NCBI GenBank assembly: GCA_965205015.1
Contig: OZ242029.1
Location: 96,001-160,000 of the forward strand
Direction: 5' to 3'
Source of the DNA: Candidatus Poribacteria bacterium
GTDB taxonomy: Bacteria; Poribacteria; WGA-4E; WGA-3G
DNA length: 64,000 nt
Made by a program: the position numbers and the translations under genes. Under the pieces are notes generated by a model. That model was not told the DNA's origin. It worked only from the letters and a program-made list of their open reading frames with translations, and ran no database searches. Shown one piece after another: positions 29,821 to 38,867 of this stretch; position 1 is the first letter of the stretch, and every line of letters begins with the position of its first letter.

Positions 29821-32418
29821 ATGAAGCCACTTCGCCAACTAACAGTGGTGCCGACGTTACCGCCGAATCTTGAACCGCTGCGCGAACTTGCCTTAAACCT
29901 GTGGTGGACCTGGGATCGTGAAGCCTTGGGTTTATTTCGGCACCTTGATACCGAATTGTGGGAAAAGACTTATCACAATCCAGTTGCGATGCTCGGTCAA
30001 ATTTCCCAAGAACAGTTAGATACCGCCGCAAAAGACAGCGTATTCCTCGCCCGCCTTGAAGTTATCCACAAAAAGTTTAAAGAATACCATAACACGGCCT
30101 CATGGTTTGAAACAAATCATAACGACGACACGCTCAATACCCTAAAAATTGCCTATTTTTCAATGGAATACGGATTAACTGAGTGTATGCCGCTCTATTC
30201 CGGCGGTTTAGGCGTCTTAGCAGGGGACCATCTGAAGTCCACAAGTTACTTAGGACTGCCATTTGTTGCAGTCGGACTGCTCTATCAGCACGGGTATTTC
30301 CGTCAGACACTCACAGCAGACGGCTGGCAGATGGCGGATTACCCAACGAATGACTTCTACAACATGCCCATTCAGCCCGCAAAGTGCGCTGATGGAACGC
30401 CACTCCTCGTGGAAGTTATGTATCCAGAGGGTAAAGCCTTCGCGAAAGTCTGGTGTGCACAAGTCGGACGCGTTCCCTTATATCTCCTCGACACGAACAT
30501 CCCCGAAAATCAGAGCGAGGAATTACGACACATAACCGATTACCTGTATGGCGGTGACGAACGCCTCCGTATCAAACAGGAGATTCTGTTAGGTATCGGT
30601 GGATACCGTGCTTTGACTGCCCTCGGTATACAACCGACTGTCTGCCACATGAATGAAGGTCACGCTGCGTTCCTTACAATTGAACGCATCCGGCAACTCA
30701 TGCTGGAAACAGGAATCCGTTTTGAAGAAGCCTGCGAAGCCACGAAATCAGGAAATATCTTCACCACGCACACACCCGTCCCCGCCGGTATTGACTGGTT
30801 CCCACCCGAGTTGGTGAATCACTACTTCAGCGGTTACTGTAGAGAACTCGGCGTTTCTGTTGATACTTTTCTCGGTCTTGGCAGAACGAATCCCACCAAC
30901 ACACACAGTGAATTCAGTCCAGCGCTCCTCGCACTCCGACTCTCAGCAATGTGCAACGGTGTGAGTCAATTACACGGGCACGTCTCCCGTGACATGTGGA
31001 AAGATCTCTGGCACGGGACACCTGTGCATGAAGTCCCGATTGGTGCCATAACAAACGGAATCCATACCCGTTCTTGGGTCTCTGGGGACATGCAGAGCCT
31101 CTTTGACAGATACCTCGGCCCTCGCTGGATCGTTGAACTTACAAATCAAGCCGTCTGGACACAGATCTCGCAGATTCCAGATCCTGAGTTATGGCGAACA
31201 CATGAACGCCGACGCGAACGGCTTATCACCTTCGCACGCCAGCGACAAGAACAGAAACACGCGCTCGGAAGTGCCACAACCGCTTTGGATGGCAAACGTT
31301 CTCAGGAAAGCGAGAGCGTCGCAACGAAGATTCTTAACTCAGCGGCATTAACGATCGGGTTCGCACGCCGGTTTGCAACCTATAAGCGTGCAACCTTACT
31401 CTTCCAAGATGTCGACCGTCTCGACAAAATTCTCAACCATCCAGAACGTCCTGTTCAACTCATTTTTGCGGGCAAGGCACACCCACATGACTATGAAGGG
31501 AAATTGCTCATTCAGCGCATCTCTCGTATCGCATCAGAACCACGATTTTACCATAAAATCGTCTTCATTGAGAACTACGACATCTGTGTCGGACGCTATC
31601 TCGTTGAAGGGGTTGACATTTGGCTCAACAACCCGTTACGTCCTAATGAAGCGAGTGGTACAAGCGGCATGAAAGCAGCCGCGAACGGAGTCCTCAATCT
31701 CAGCATTGCGGATGGATGGTGGGCAGAGGCAAATCATCTCGGGGGTGGCTGGACAATCGATGCGGGTGCCACGCATGTGGACGCAAAATCGACCGACAAA
31801 ACACACGCCAACACTATTTATGAACGCCTCGAAAAAGAGATCGTGCCCCTCTTCTACCAGCGTAATCCTGTTGACGACGTGCCTTACGAATGGGTTGCCC
31901 GGATGAAGACTGCGATGCAGAACCTCGCTCCGATCTTCAATACCAAACGTATGGTAGCAGAGTACGCAGAGCAGCTGTACTTTCCGGCACACCGCCGCTG
32001 GCAGCATCTCAATGCAGCAGGTGGAAAACGCAGTATCGCCTTAACCCGCTGGAAAACGCATATTCAGGATCACTGGGGCGACCTACGGATTGCGGAGAAA
32101 CATTCCGATGGAACGCAAAACCCCGAATTGGGAGTCGGCGAATCTACAACCGTGCAGGCGGTCGTCCACACCGACGTCCTGTTTCCACACGAACTTGCCG
32201 TCCAAATTTACCACGGCGTGTTAGACGAAGCAGGCGAAATTCACAATGGAAGCGTCAAGCCAATGGCGTATAAAGCCGATCTCGGCGGCGGCACCTATCT
32301 CTTTGAAGGGACACTCACTTTAAAACAGACCGGATTACACGGTTATACCGTCCGTGTGTTACCTTACCATGAGGACTTGCAATCCCTGCACGAACTCGGT
32401 CTGATCACATGGGCTTAA
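29821..32418 (+). CDS. glgP: Alpha-glucan (glycogen) phosphorylase
   Basis: NLWWTW, YSGGLGVLAGDHLK, HMNEGH, GFARRFATYKRA, EASGTSGMK (PLP Lys). Confidence 0.96.
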   Translation: MKPLRQLTVVPTLPPNLEPLRELALNLWWTWDREALGLFRHLDTELWEKTYHNPVAMLGQISQEQLDTAAKDSVFLARLEVIHKKFKEYHNTASWFETNHNDDTLNTLKIAYFSMEYGLTECMPLYSGGLGVLAGDHLKSTSYLGLPFVAVGLLYQHGYFRQTLTADGWQMADYPTNDFYNMPIQPAKCADGTPLLVEVMYPEGKAFAKVWCAQVGRVPLYLLDTNIPENQSEELRHITDYLYGGDERLRIKQEILLGIGGYRALTALGIQPTVCHMNEGHAAFLTIERIRQLMLETGIRFEEACEATKSGNIFTTHTPVPAGIDWFPPELVNHYFSGYCRELGVSVDTFLGLGRTNPTNTHSEFSPALLALRLSAMCNGVSQLHGHVSRDMWKDLWHGTPVHEVPIGAITNGIHTRSWVSGDMQSLFDRYLGPRWIVELTNQAVWTQISQIPDPELWRTHERRRERLITFARQRQEQKHALGSATTALDGKRSQESESVATKILNSAALTIGFARRFATYKRATLLFQDVDRLDKILNHPERPVQLIFAGKAHPHDYEGKLLIQRISRIASEPRFYHKIVFIENYDICVGRYLVEGVDIWLNNPLRPNEASGTSGMKAAANGVLNLSIADGWWAEANHLGGGWTIDAGATHVDAKSTDKTHANTIYERLEKEIVPLFYQRNPVDDVPYEWVARMKTAMQNLAPIFNTKRMVAEYAEQLYFPAHRRWQHLNAAGGKRSIALTRWKTHIQDHWGDLRIAEKHSDGTQNPELGVGESTTVQAVVHTDVLFPHELAVQIYHGVLDEAGEIHNGSVKPMAYKADLGGGTYLFEGTLTLKQTGLHGYTVRVLPYHEDLQSLHELGLITWA

Positions 32419-32460
32419 AAGCAAAACCGTCCGTCCCATGGAGCGGTGGTATACTTCGCG

Positions 32461-32489
32461 TTGCTCAAAGCCCCTTTTAAGCGTATAAT
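32461..32489 (+). promoter_or_regulatory. sigma70-type promoter upstream of hisB-glgC
   Basis: TTGCTC-17 nt-TATAAT. Confidence 0.6.
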
Positions 32490-32622
32490 AAGAGTACTAG
32501 CTTGAAACGAAATGGAAAGCGGATATACAGAAAGGAACATGAACTCCCTTGGGGGAAACCCCAAGCAAACACCGACTTGACCGAACCGTAAGGAATGATT
32601 AAAAATTCTTTGTAACACCAAA

Positions 32623-32712
32623 AACCAAGCCCGTAATGTAATGGAGAGCGGATCTTAAGGCGGCACGTCAAAGTCTGAATCTACGTCGTTCTCCCGCAAG
32701 GTAAAATTAAAA
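32623..32712 (+). repeat. Repeat family D copy
   Basis: aaaccaagcccgtaatg..ggcacgtcaaag..ctacgtcgttctcccgcaaggtaaaattaaaa. Confidence 0.7.
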
Positions 32713-32720
32713 ATTAAAAA

Positions 32721-33308
32721 ATGGATAGAACAGCAGAAATTGCCCGTGAGACAGCAGAAACCCGCATCCGACTCCGGCTTGACCTTGACGGTACTGGAGT
32801 ATCCGATATCAACACCGGCGTTGGATTTCTGGATCACATGTTGGAACTCTTTACCAAACACGGCTTCTTCGATCTCGAAATCCAAGCGGAAGGTGATCTA
32901 CACGTGGATGCCCATCACACGACCGAAGATGTCGGTATCTGCTTAGGACAAGCCCTGCAAAAAGCCGTGCTGGACAAAGCAGGGATGCAACGCTTCGGTA
33001 GTTTTACCGTCCCCATGTATGAATCCCTCGCCAAAGTAGACTTGGATGTCTGCGGACGCCCCTATCTCCACTATGAGACACCGCTTGTCTCTGGGAAAGT
33101 CGGCGATTTTGATATTGAACTCACTGAAGAATTTTTTCATGGGTTTGTGAACCACAGCGGGACAACTTTGCATATCAACGTCCCCTACGGCACAAACCAA
33201 CACCACATCATTGAAGCCATCTTTAAGGCAGTTGCGAAGGCTTTACATGTTGCGACACGCCTTGACGAACGTATTACAGGTGTCCTATCCACCAAGGGAA
33301 GTTTGTAA
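32721..33308 (+). CDS. hisB: Imidazoleglycerol-phosphate dehydratase
   Basis: GFLDHML, DAHHTTED, NQHHIIEA, STKGSL. Confidence 0.97.
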   Translation: MDRTAEIARETAETRIRLRLDLDGTGVSDINTGVGFLDHMLELFTKHGFFDLEIQAEGDLHVDAHHTTEDVGICLGQALQKAVLDKAGMQRFGSFTVPMYESLAKVDLDVCGRPYLHYETPLVSGKVGDFDIELTEEFFHGFVNHSGTTLHINVPYGTNQHHIIEAIFKAVAKALHVATRLDERITGVLSTKGSL

Positions 33309-33324
33309 TGAGGAGAGAACATCT

Positions 33325-34617
33325 ATGAGTAATGGGAACATTATTGCAGTTATTCTTGGAGGGGGCCGCGGCACGCGTCTATTTCCGCTGACACGCGACC
33401 GGGCGAAACCGAGTGTCCCGATCGCAGGCAAATTTCGACTCGTGGACATACCCATCAGTAATTGCTTCCACTCGGGTTTAGAACGCATCTATGTCCTGAC
33501 GCAGTTTAACTCCGTCTCCTTGAATCGACATATCGCGCAGACATACCGCTTTGATACATACCGCCGAGGGTTCGTCCAAATCCTCGCAGCACAACAGACA
33601 CTGATGGGCGAAGAGTGGTATCAGGGAACAGCGGACGCCGTCAAACACAATGAACCTTACATCCTCAACCCACGGTTCGCAGACGATTATGTCCTGATTC
33701 TCGCCGGTGATCACCTCTATCGGATGGATTATCGCAAGATGCTCAAAGTGCATACTGAATCTAACGCCGCCATCACTGTCTCTGTCATTCCGGTGAAAAA
33801 AGAGGACACCAGCGGGCTTGGCATCCTTCAGGCGGACGCGAACGGACGCATCGTTGACTTCGTCGAGAAACCCCAAACTGAAGAGGAACTGCATCGACTT
33901 CGCGTTGAACCCGAAGTCTTTACATCTCGAGGGATTGAACCTCACGATAGAGAATACATCGCCTCAATGGGGATCTACATCTTTAACAGAGAGGTCCTGC
34001 AAGACGTGCTTCGAGACGAAGCAAACGTCGACTTCGGTAAGGATATTATCCCGAAAAGCATTCAGTCGCTTCCTGTTTCTGCTTACTTTTTCGACGGCTA
34101 TTGGGAGGATATAGGTACCATCCGTTCCTTCTATTCGGCGAACATCGCGCTCACCGACACCGCACCTGCGTTCAATTTCTACGATGAGCAGGCACCGATC
34201 TACACCAACCGACGGCATCTACCGAGCACCAAAGTCAACAGCAGCAGCGTCCGATCCTCAATCCTCGCTGAAGGTTCTATCATCGATGATTCTGAAATTG
34301 ATAGAACAATTGTCGGGATCCGAAGTATTATCTCCGGCCACAGTCGGATTTACCAATCCGTCCTGATGGGGGCAGACTATTACGAGTCCGATGAAATACG
34401 GACGCAAAACGCACAAGCAGGCATCCCGAATGTCGGCATTGGGCGTAATTGTCTCATTCAGAACGCAATTATTGACAAAAATGCGCGGATCGGCGATAAT
34501 TCTGTACTCGTCAACCGGGACGGGGTCGATAATTTGGATGGTAAAGACTACTACATTCGAGATGGAATTGTTATCGTTCCGAAGGACGCAACGATACCTC
34601 CGGAAACCGTCGTCTAA
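33325..34617 (+). CDS. glgC: Glucose-1-phosphate adenylyltransferase
   Basis: ILGGGRGTRLFPLT..RAKP, WYQGTADAV, GDHLYRMDY, FVEKP, YWEDIGT; ATG 33325 behind AGGAG. Confidence 0.96.
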   Translation: MSNGNIIAVILGGGRGTRLFPLTRDRAKPSVPIAGKFRLVDIPISNCFHSGLERIYVLTQFNSVSLNRHIAQTYRFDTYRRGFVQILAAQQTLMGEEWYQGTADAVKHNEPYILNPRFADDYVLILAGDHLYRMDYRKMLKVHTESNAAITVSVIPVKKEDTSGLGILQADANGRIVDFVEKPQTEEELHRLRVEPEVFTSRGIEPHDREYIASMGIYIFNREVLQDVLRDEANVDFGKDIIPKSIQSLPVSAYFFDGYWEDIGTIRSFYSANIALTDTAPAFNFYDEQAPIYTNRRHLPSTKVNSSSVRSSILAEGSIIDDSEIDRTIVGIRSIISGHSRIYQSVLMGADYYESDEIRTQNAQAGIPNVGIGRNCLIQNAIIDKNARIGDNSVLVNRDGVDNLDGKDYYIRDGIVIVPKDATIPPETVV

Positions 34618-34684
34618 TCTATAACGTGGAAGACAGGCTAAACAGGAAACCCACTCTATTACGCCGCAAGGAACAATTAAAAAT

Positions 34685-34960
34685 ATGTCTGAATTGAGAC
34701 AACAACTTCTCGTGCTGCATTTGCATACGCCTGACTTAAATAGTGGCGTTGTCGCTTGGGCAATGTACGACGGCACGGGTCAAAAACGCCATACCACCGG
34801 CGACAGCGAGGCACCCCCCTATAACTCGGTTGTGGAAGCGATGCAAGATGGCTGGCGGGTGATTCAGTTTCCACAACAATTCCCTGCCTACCCCGGCATG
34901 GAATATCATACTTCATATCTCAGGTTTGAATATATCCTGGAGAAATTGGAGAAAATCTAA
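34685..34960 (+). CDS. Small hypothetical protein coupled to the PhyH gene
   Basis: 91 aa; stop overlaps next ATG (TAATG); PYNSVVEAMQDGWRVIQFP. Confidence 0.75.
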   Translation: MSELRQQLLVLHLHTPDLNSGVVAWAMYDGTGQKRHTTGDSEAPPYNSVVEAMQDGWRVIQFPQQFPAYPGMEYHTSYLRFEYILEKLEKI

Positions 34961-35778
34961 TGATTGACAAAAAGTATTTGCTCAATACAGAACAGATGGC
35001 GAACTTCGTAGCGGACGGCTACCTTCGCTTCGACGACCTAATTCCTCAAGAATTAAATGAAGCCGCACACGCCGAAATGGAAGAGGGTATTATTGTGCGT
35101 GGACGCGGCGGCACGGTTTTAGACGAAGTCTGGGATGATGAATCTGCCGTCGGTAAAGTCTTCCGACGCCCGGAAGTAAAAGGCATTATCCAGAGTCTGG
35201 TGGGTGAAAATCCGCTCTACGATCACCACGCCGTTCATATCGTGCGTCCCCAAAACAATATAGGACAAATTTGGCACGCCGACGCGATTATCGACCTACG
35301 GATGCATTTTGACATCCAATTCTTCTATTTCTCGCACGATACACCGCGCGAAATGGGAGGGACGATGATTTTACCGGGAAGCCACTATCGCCGCGTCTGT
35401 GAAACGGACATCGCGCGATATCAAAACTTCCTCGGACAAATGCCCATCGTTTGTAATGCCGGCACGCTGATTGTGGTGCATCACGGGATGTGGCACTGCG
35501 CGCAACCGAATCTCACTGACCGCACGCGCTACATGTTCAAACTGCGTCTCAACCCAACGGTCCGTCAGTGCCAACTCTGGAACACAGACGATATCGACAC
35601 ACCGGGGATCCACGGCGCTTTAGGCAGGAATCACAGATGGTATGGAAACGATGTACGCCTTGAGATCGTTAACCGTATCAAACAGTGGCGCTTCCTCATC
35701 GGTGATGACTCGTTCGATCTCGGCTACTGGCTCTCCCGACTCGAAAACATGCCAGAGAACGTCCAAGACGCAGCATAG
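34960..35778 (+). CDS. Phytanoyl-CoA dioxygenase (PhyH) family protein
   Basis: FVADGYL, WHAD (HxD), GGTMILPGSH, MWHCA, RYMFK. Confidence 0.88.
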   Translation: MIDKKYLLNTEQMANFVADGYLRFDDLIPQELNEAAHAEMEEGIIVRGRGGTVLDEVWDDESAVGKVFRRPEVKGIIQSLVGENPLYDHHAVHIVRPQNNIGQIWHADAIIDLRMHFDIQFFYFSHDTPREMGGTMILPGSHYRRVCETDIARYQNFLGQMPIVCNAGTLIVVHHGMWHCAQPNLTDRTRYMFKLRLNPTVRQCQLWNTDDIDTPGIHGALGRNHRWYGNDVRLEIVNRIKQWRFLIGDDSFDLGYWLSRLENMPENVQDAA

Positions 35779-35886
35779 GTCCCTGAATAAAGAAAGGCGC
35801 GGTTACATGAAGTTTAAATAAGTATTTCGGTAATCCCATCCCGAAAAATCACTGTATGGGTAGGTCTTGTGCCTACCCACACATTA

Positions 35887-36735
35887 CTACCGATCGCGAC
35901 CCCGCCCTCTTCTACCCGCGCGTTCTGCCCGTTCCGCTCGCATTTTCTGCATTATCTCTCGCCGTTCCTCTGGCGACGCATTCTTGAGTTTCTCCGCTAA
36001 TTCATTCGCTTTCATCCCCCACGCTGCGGCCTGTTCTTTCATCTCCATTTGTCTACGTTTTTCAGCTTCCATTCTGGCATTCGCTTGGTTTTTCGCTGAA
36101 TTATTTCCCGCTTTTTCGGACTGCCTCTCGCTGCCCTGTCCATCTCTACTCCCCTCACCCCCGCGGGCTGTTGTTAGGAACTGCAGTTCCCCTGCTTTCA
36201 GTGTGATTGGCTTTCCAGCGTTGTCCAAGGTTACCTGTTTCGCTTGAATGTCCTTTACTGTTATATCGCCGAGTTTCGTCCCTATCGTCACAAAGTGATA
36301 CCGATTCGATCTTTTCTCGAGCAGCGTCGCCTGCGACACAGCACCGTCTACCCCAACAGCAGTCCCGATTAAACTATAGGCGGGTTCGTTCTTCGGAGGG
36401 GTCCATCCGAGCGGACGAAAGAGATTGTTGTCAATAATTACTTTATAGAACGCCGCATTTTCTCCAAAGTCAACTCCCCCTCGATTCTGACGTCCACGGG
36501 ACCTATTGGCTTGTGCGGCAGCTTGCTCCTTCATTTTTAGCATTGCTTGCATTTTCGCCGAGTCGCTTTCCGGTTTTTTGACCGAGATCATTTCCGGCTT
36601 CGTAGCAATAAACTCCACCTTCGTTTTGTCTTGCGCGTAAAGCAATATCCCAAACCCGAGGAGTAGACATACAACACAACCGATCCCCAACTTCACAATG
36701 ATGCTTTTTCGATTGCTAATGATTTTCGATTTCAT
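35887..36735 (-). CDS. Membrane-anchored protein with GspC/PilP-like beta domain and charged tail
   Basis: N-terminal TM; NNLFRP..SLIGT..ATLLE..VTIGTKLGDITVKDIQAKQVTL; start ATG 36735 behind GGAG. Confidence 0.55.
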   Translation of the reverse strand: MKSKIISNRKSIIVKLGIGCVVCLLLGFGILLYAQDKTKVEFIATKPEMISVKKPESDSAKMQAMLKMKEQAAAQANRSRGRQNRGGVDFGENAAFYKVIIDNNLFRPLGWTPPKNEPAYSLIGTAVGVDGAVSQATLLEKRSNRYHFVTIGTKLGDITVKDIQAKQVTLDNAGKPITLKAGELQFLTTARGGEGSRDGQGSERQSEKAGNNSAKNQANARMEAEKRRQMEMKEQAAAWGMKANELAEKLKNASPEERREIMQKMRAERAERAGRRGRGRDR

Positions 36736-37024
36736 TACTCTTCTCCGTTGTACTTTTGGAAAACGTGCTATGGACCTGCTCATTGATAAATATCTATTTG
36801 CAATTAAGACACTCTCGATTTCAAAAAGGTTCTCCTTAATTTTACTATGCATTCCGTCGCATGTCAATAGAATTTGTCATTCCGGTCAGAGCGTTCAGTT
36901 TCATGCTGACGTAAACCAAGAAACGAGATTTCTCGTTACTGAGAACGAACACTTAGAACCCAATGCTCTACGATTCCGGTAAGAATGCCCTCAAATCGCG
37001 ACGCCTATATCACGACAAAAAGCA

Positions 37025-37053
37025 TTGACTTTCGAGAAAAAATAGAGTAAACT
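37025..37053 (+). promoter_or_regulatory. sigma70-type promoter
   Basis: TTGACT-17 nt-TAAACT upstream of 37093. Confidence 0.5.
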
Positions 37054-37092
37054 TTATAGAAATGGATTTCGCAATAAAGGAAAAACCTTGAT

Positions 37093-37635
37093 ATGAAACG
37101 TTATAGCACCCCCCAGAAATACATAACATTTGCGTTGAGTTGCGTCCTCATCTCCATCTTAATGAGTCAGCACGCGGCGGCTGCGCGTCGCTCGAACGTT
37201 CTACCACTTGCCCTCTTTGCTTCAGGCATGAGTCTCCAGTTTGGGAGCAGCTTCCTCAAAGCCTCTTCTCAGAACCATTACGATACCTATCTCAACGCCG
37301 CAATCCAAGCAGACATTCAAACACATAAAGACGCTTTCCGCACCAGGCGGAATGCCGGCACGATTATGTCCGGCGTGGGGCTTGGATTTGTGGGACTTGC
37401 TGTGCTTTTCTCAATCTACAACCAACTGGATACGCCGGAACTTGTAGAGGACGCAGCAGCTTCAGCAGAAAACTGGAATACCGATATCGGAATCCCGCTC
37501 ACACGTCTGAGAGGTCTCAGAAACCGCTTTTCCGAAAACACGAGTCTGCGACTTCCGAGGACCCCGTTCCAGTTGCATCCACACTACAATTTCCAAACTC
37601 GGCGCGCAAGTCTCAGCCTTCTCCACCTTTTTTAG
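37093..37635 (+). CDS. Hypothetical exported/membrane protein
   Basis: 180 aa ORF, signal peptide, hydrophobic segments, SD AAGG. Confidence 0.65.
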   Translation: MKRYSTPQKYITFALSCVLISILMSQHAAAARRSNVLPLALFASGMSLQFGSSFLKASSQNHYDTYLNAAIQADIQTHKDAFRTRRNAGTIMSGVGLGFVGLAVLFSIYNQLDTPELVEDAAASAENWNTDIGIPLTRLRGLRNRFSENTSLRLPRTPFQLHPHYNFQTRRASLSLLHLF

Positions 37636-37710
37636 TAGCCATCGGTTTCCATCGGAAACCACCAGTCAAGCGTTTTTTGCAACCCCGTAGGGGTAAAACC
37701 TCCGATAATC

Positions 37711-38862
37711 ATGGTGAATCAGATGAATCATAAAAATCATAGTTCAGACTTTTTCAGCAGACCCTCCATCAATAAGATTATTGTCGCGTTAAGCGTGCCT
37801 CTGCTGCTTGCGTTCGTTTTCTTTAGTGCTTGCACGAGTAACGAAGACTTTGCGAACCCACTCGACCCTGAGAACCTGCGGACCTCCGGCGCGCCGGATG
37901 GTCTCACGCTTTACGCTGGCGATCAGCAGGTACGGGTCACATGGAACGACACCGGACAACAGGGGATCAAAGCATACCGTATCTACAGACGTTCCACGGG
38001 GGGGGCAGACACGGAATTTCAGCAAGTCGGATCCGTTGAGGCGCCCACAAACGAATTTATTGATACCCAAAATCTTGAAAATGATCGACGCGACGCCTCC
38101 GGACGGCTCCTCGCCTACGAATACCGCATCACTTACGTTGATGCCAACGGTGTTGAAACGCCCGACCCCACAAATCCGCCCGCAGAGACTGAAGATCCAC
38201 GTCGTATCTGGAAAACTGCTTTGGCGACGCCAAGCGTCCCACCGCCTGCACCGAACGTAACGCTCGGCGATCCGACCGACCTCACCATCAAACTTTTTTG
38301 GGACGGCTATGAATTCCCCTACGACTTTTCTATCTTCCGCATCTACGCCGCACTCGACACCGAAGATGATAAACCGCTACGTTTCGAACTGATTGCCGAG
38401 CCGAAGCGAGATCGACTCTACTATTTCGACCACGATTTTCAAGTCGATGGCACTCGAAAGGTCTATCGCGTCGCGGGCGTCGATGAATTCGGTGCAGAGG
38501 CATTCACGACGATTACAGCAGCAGTGCCAAATGTACCGCCCGCCTCTCCAAAAGACGTTCGGGTCCGTTATCTACCACGTTCCCTTTTCAATACAAAATA
38601 CGATGCGGTTCTCTCATGGACACCGAACACCGAACCCGATCTCGCTGGGTATCAACTCTATACCAGGGACGCCGCTGGCAAACTCCTCCCTCGCCCCGCA
38701 GTCGGCCCCAAGGAGCGTACTTTCACTATCCCCGGTGAAGACCCGATTCTCGTAGGTCAAGCATTAGAATTCAAGAAGTACTATATCACCGCCTATGACA
38801 ATACACCCGGACCTGACGGACGCCGCGACGAAAGCGCGCTTGTGGAGGCGAAATCGCGATAG
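37711..38862 (+). CDS. Lipoprotein with fibronectin type III-like domains (start uncertain)
   Basis: Lipobox FFSAC then NPLDP; VRVTW..YRIYR..YEYRI; LSWTPNTEPDLAGYQLY. Confidence 0.75.
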   Translation: MVNQMNHKNHSSDFFSRPSINKIIVALSVPLLLAFVFFSACTSNEDFANPLDPENLRTSGAPDGLTLYAGDQQVRVTWNDTGQQGIKAYRIYRRSTGGADTEFQQVGSVEAPTNEFIDTQNLENDRRDASGRLLAYEYRITYVDANGVETPDPTNPPAETEDPRRIWKTALATPSVPPPAPNVTLGDPTDLTIKLFWDGYEFPYDFSIFRIYAALDTEDDKPLRFELIAEPKRDRLYYFDHDFQVDGTRKVYRVAGVDEFGAEAFTTITAAVPNVPPASPKDVRVRYLPRSLFNTKYDAVLSWTPNTEPDLAGYQLYTRDAAGKLLPRPAVGPKERTFTIPGEDPILVGQALEFKKYYITAYDNTPGPDGRRDESALVEAKSR

Positions 38863-38867
38863 GTGCA

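Noticed and set aside
32539-32580. His attenuator leader peptide before hisB
   Set aside because: No His codons and no terminator/antiterminator with a U-tract.
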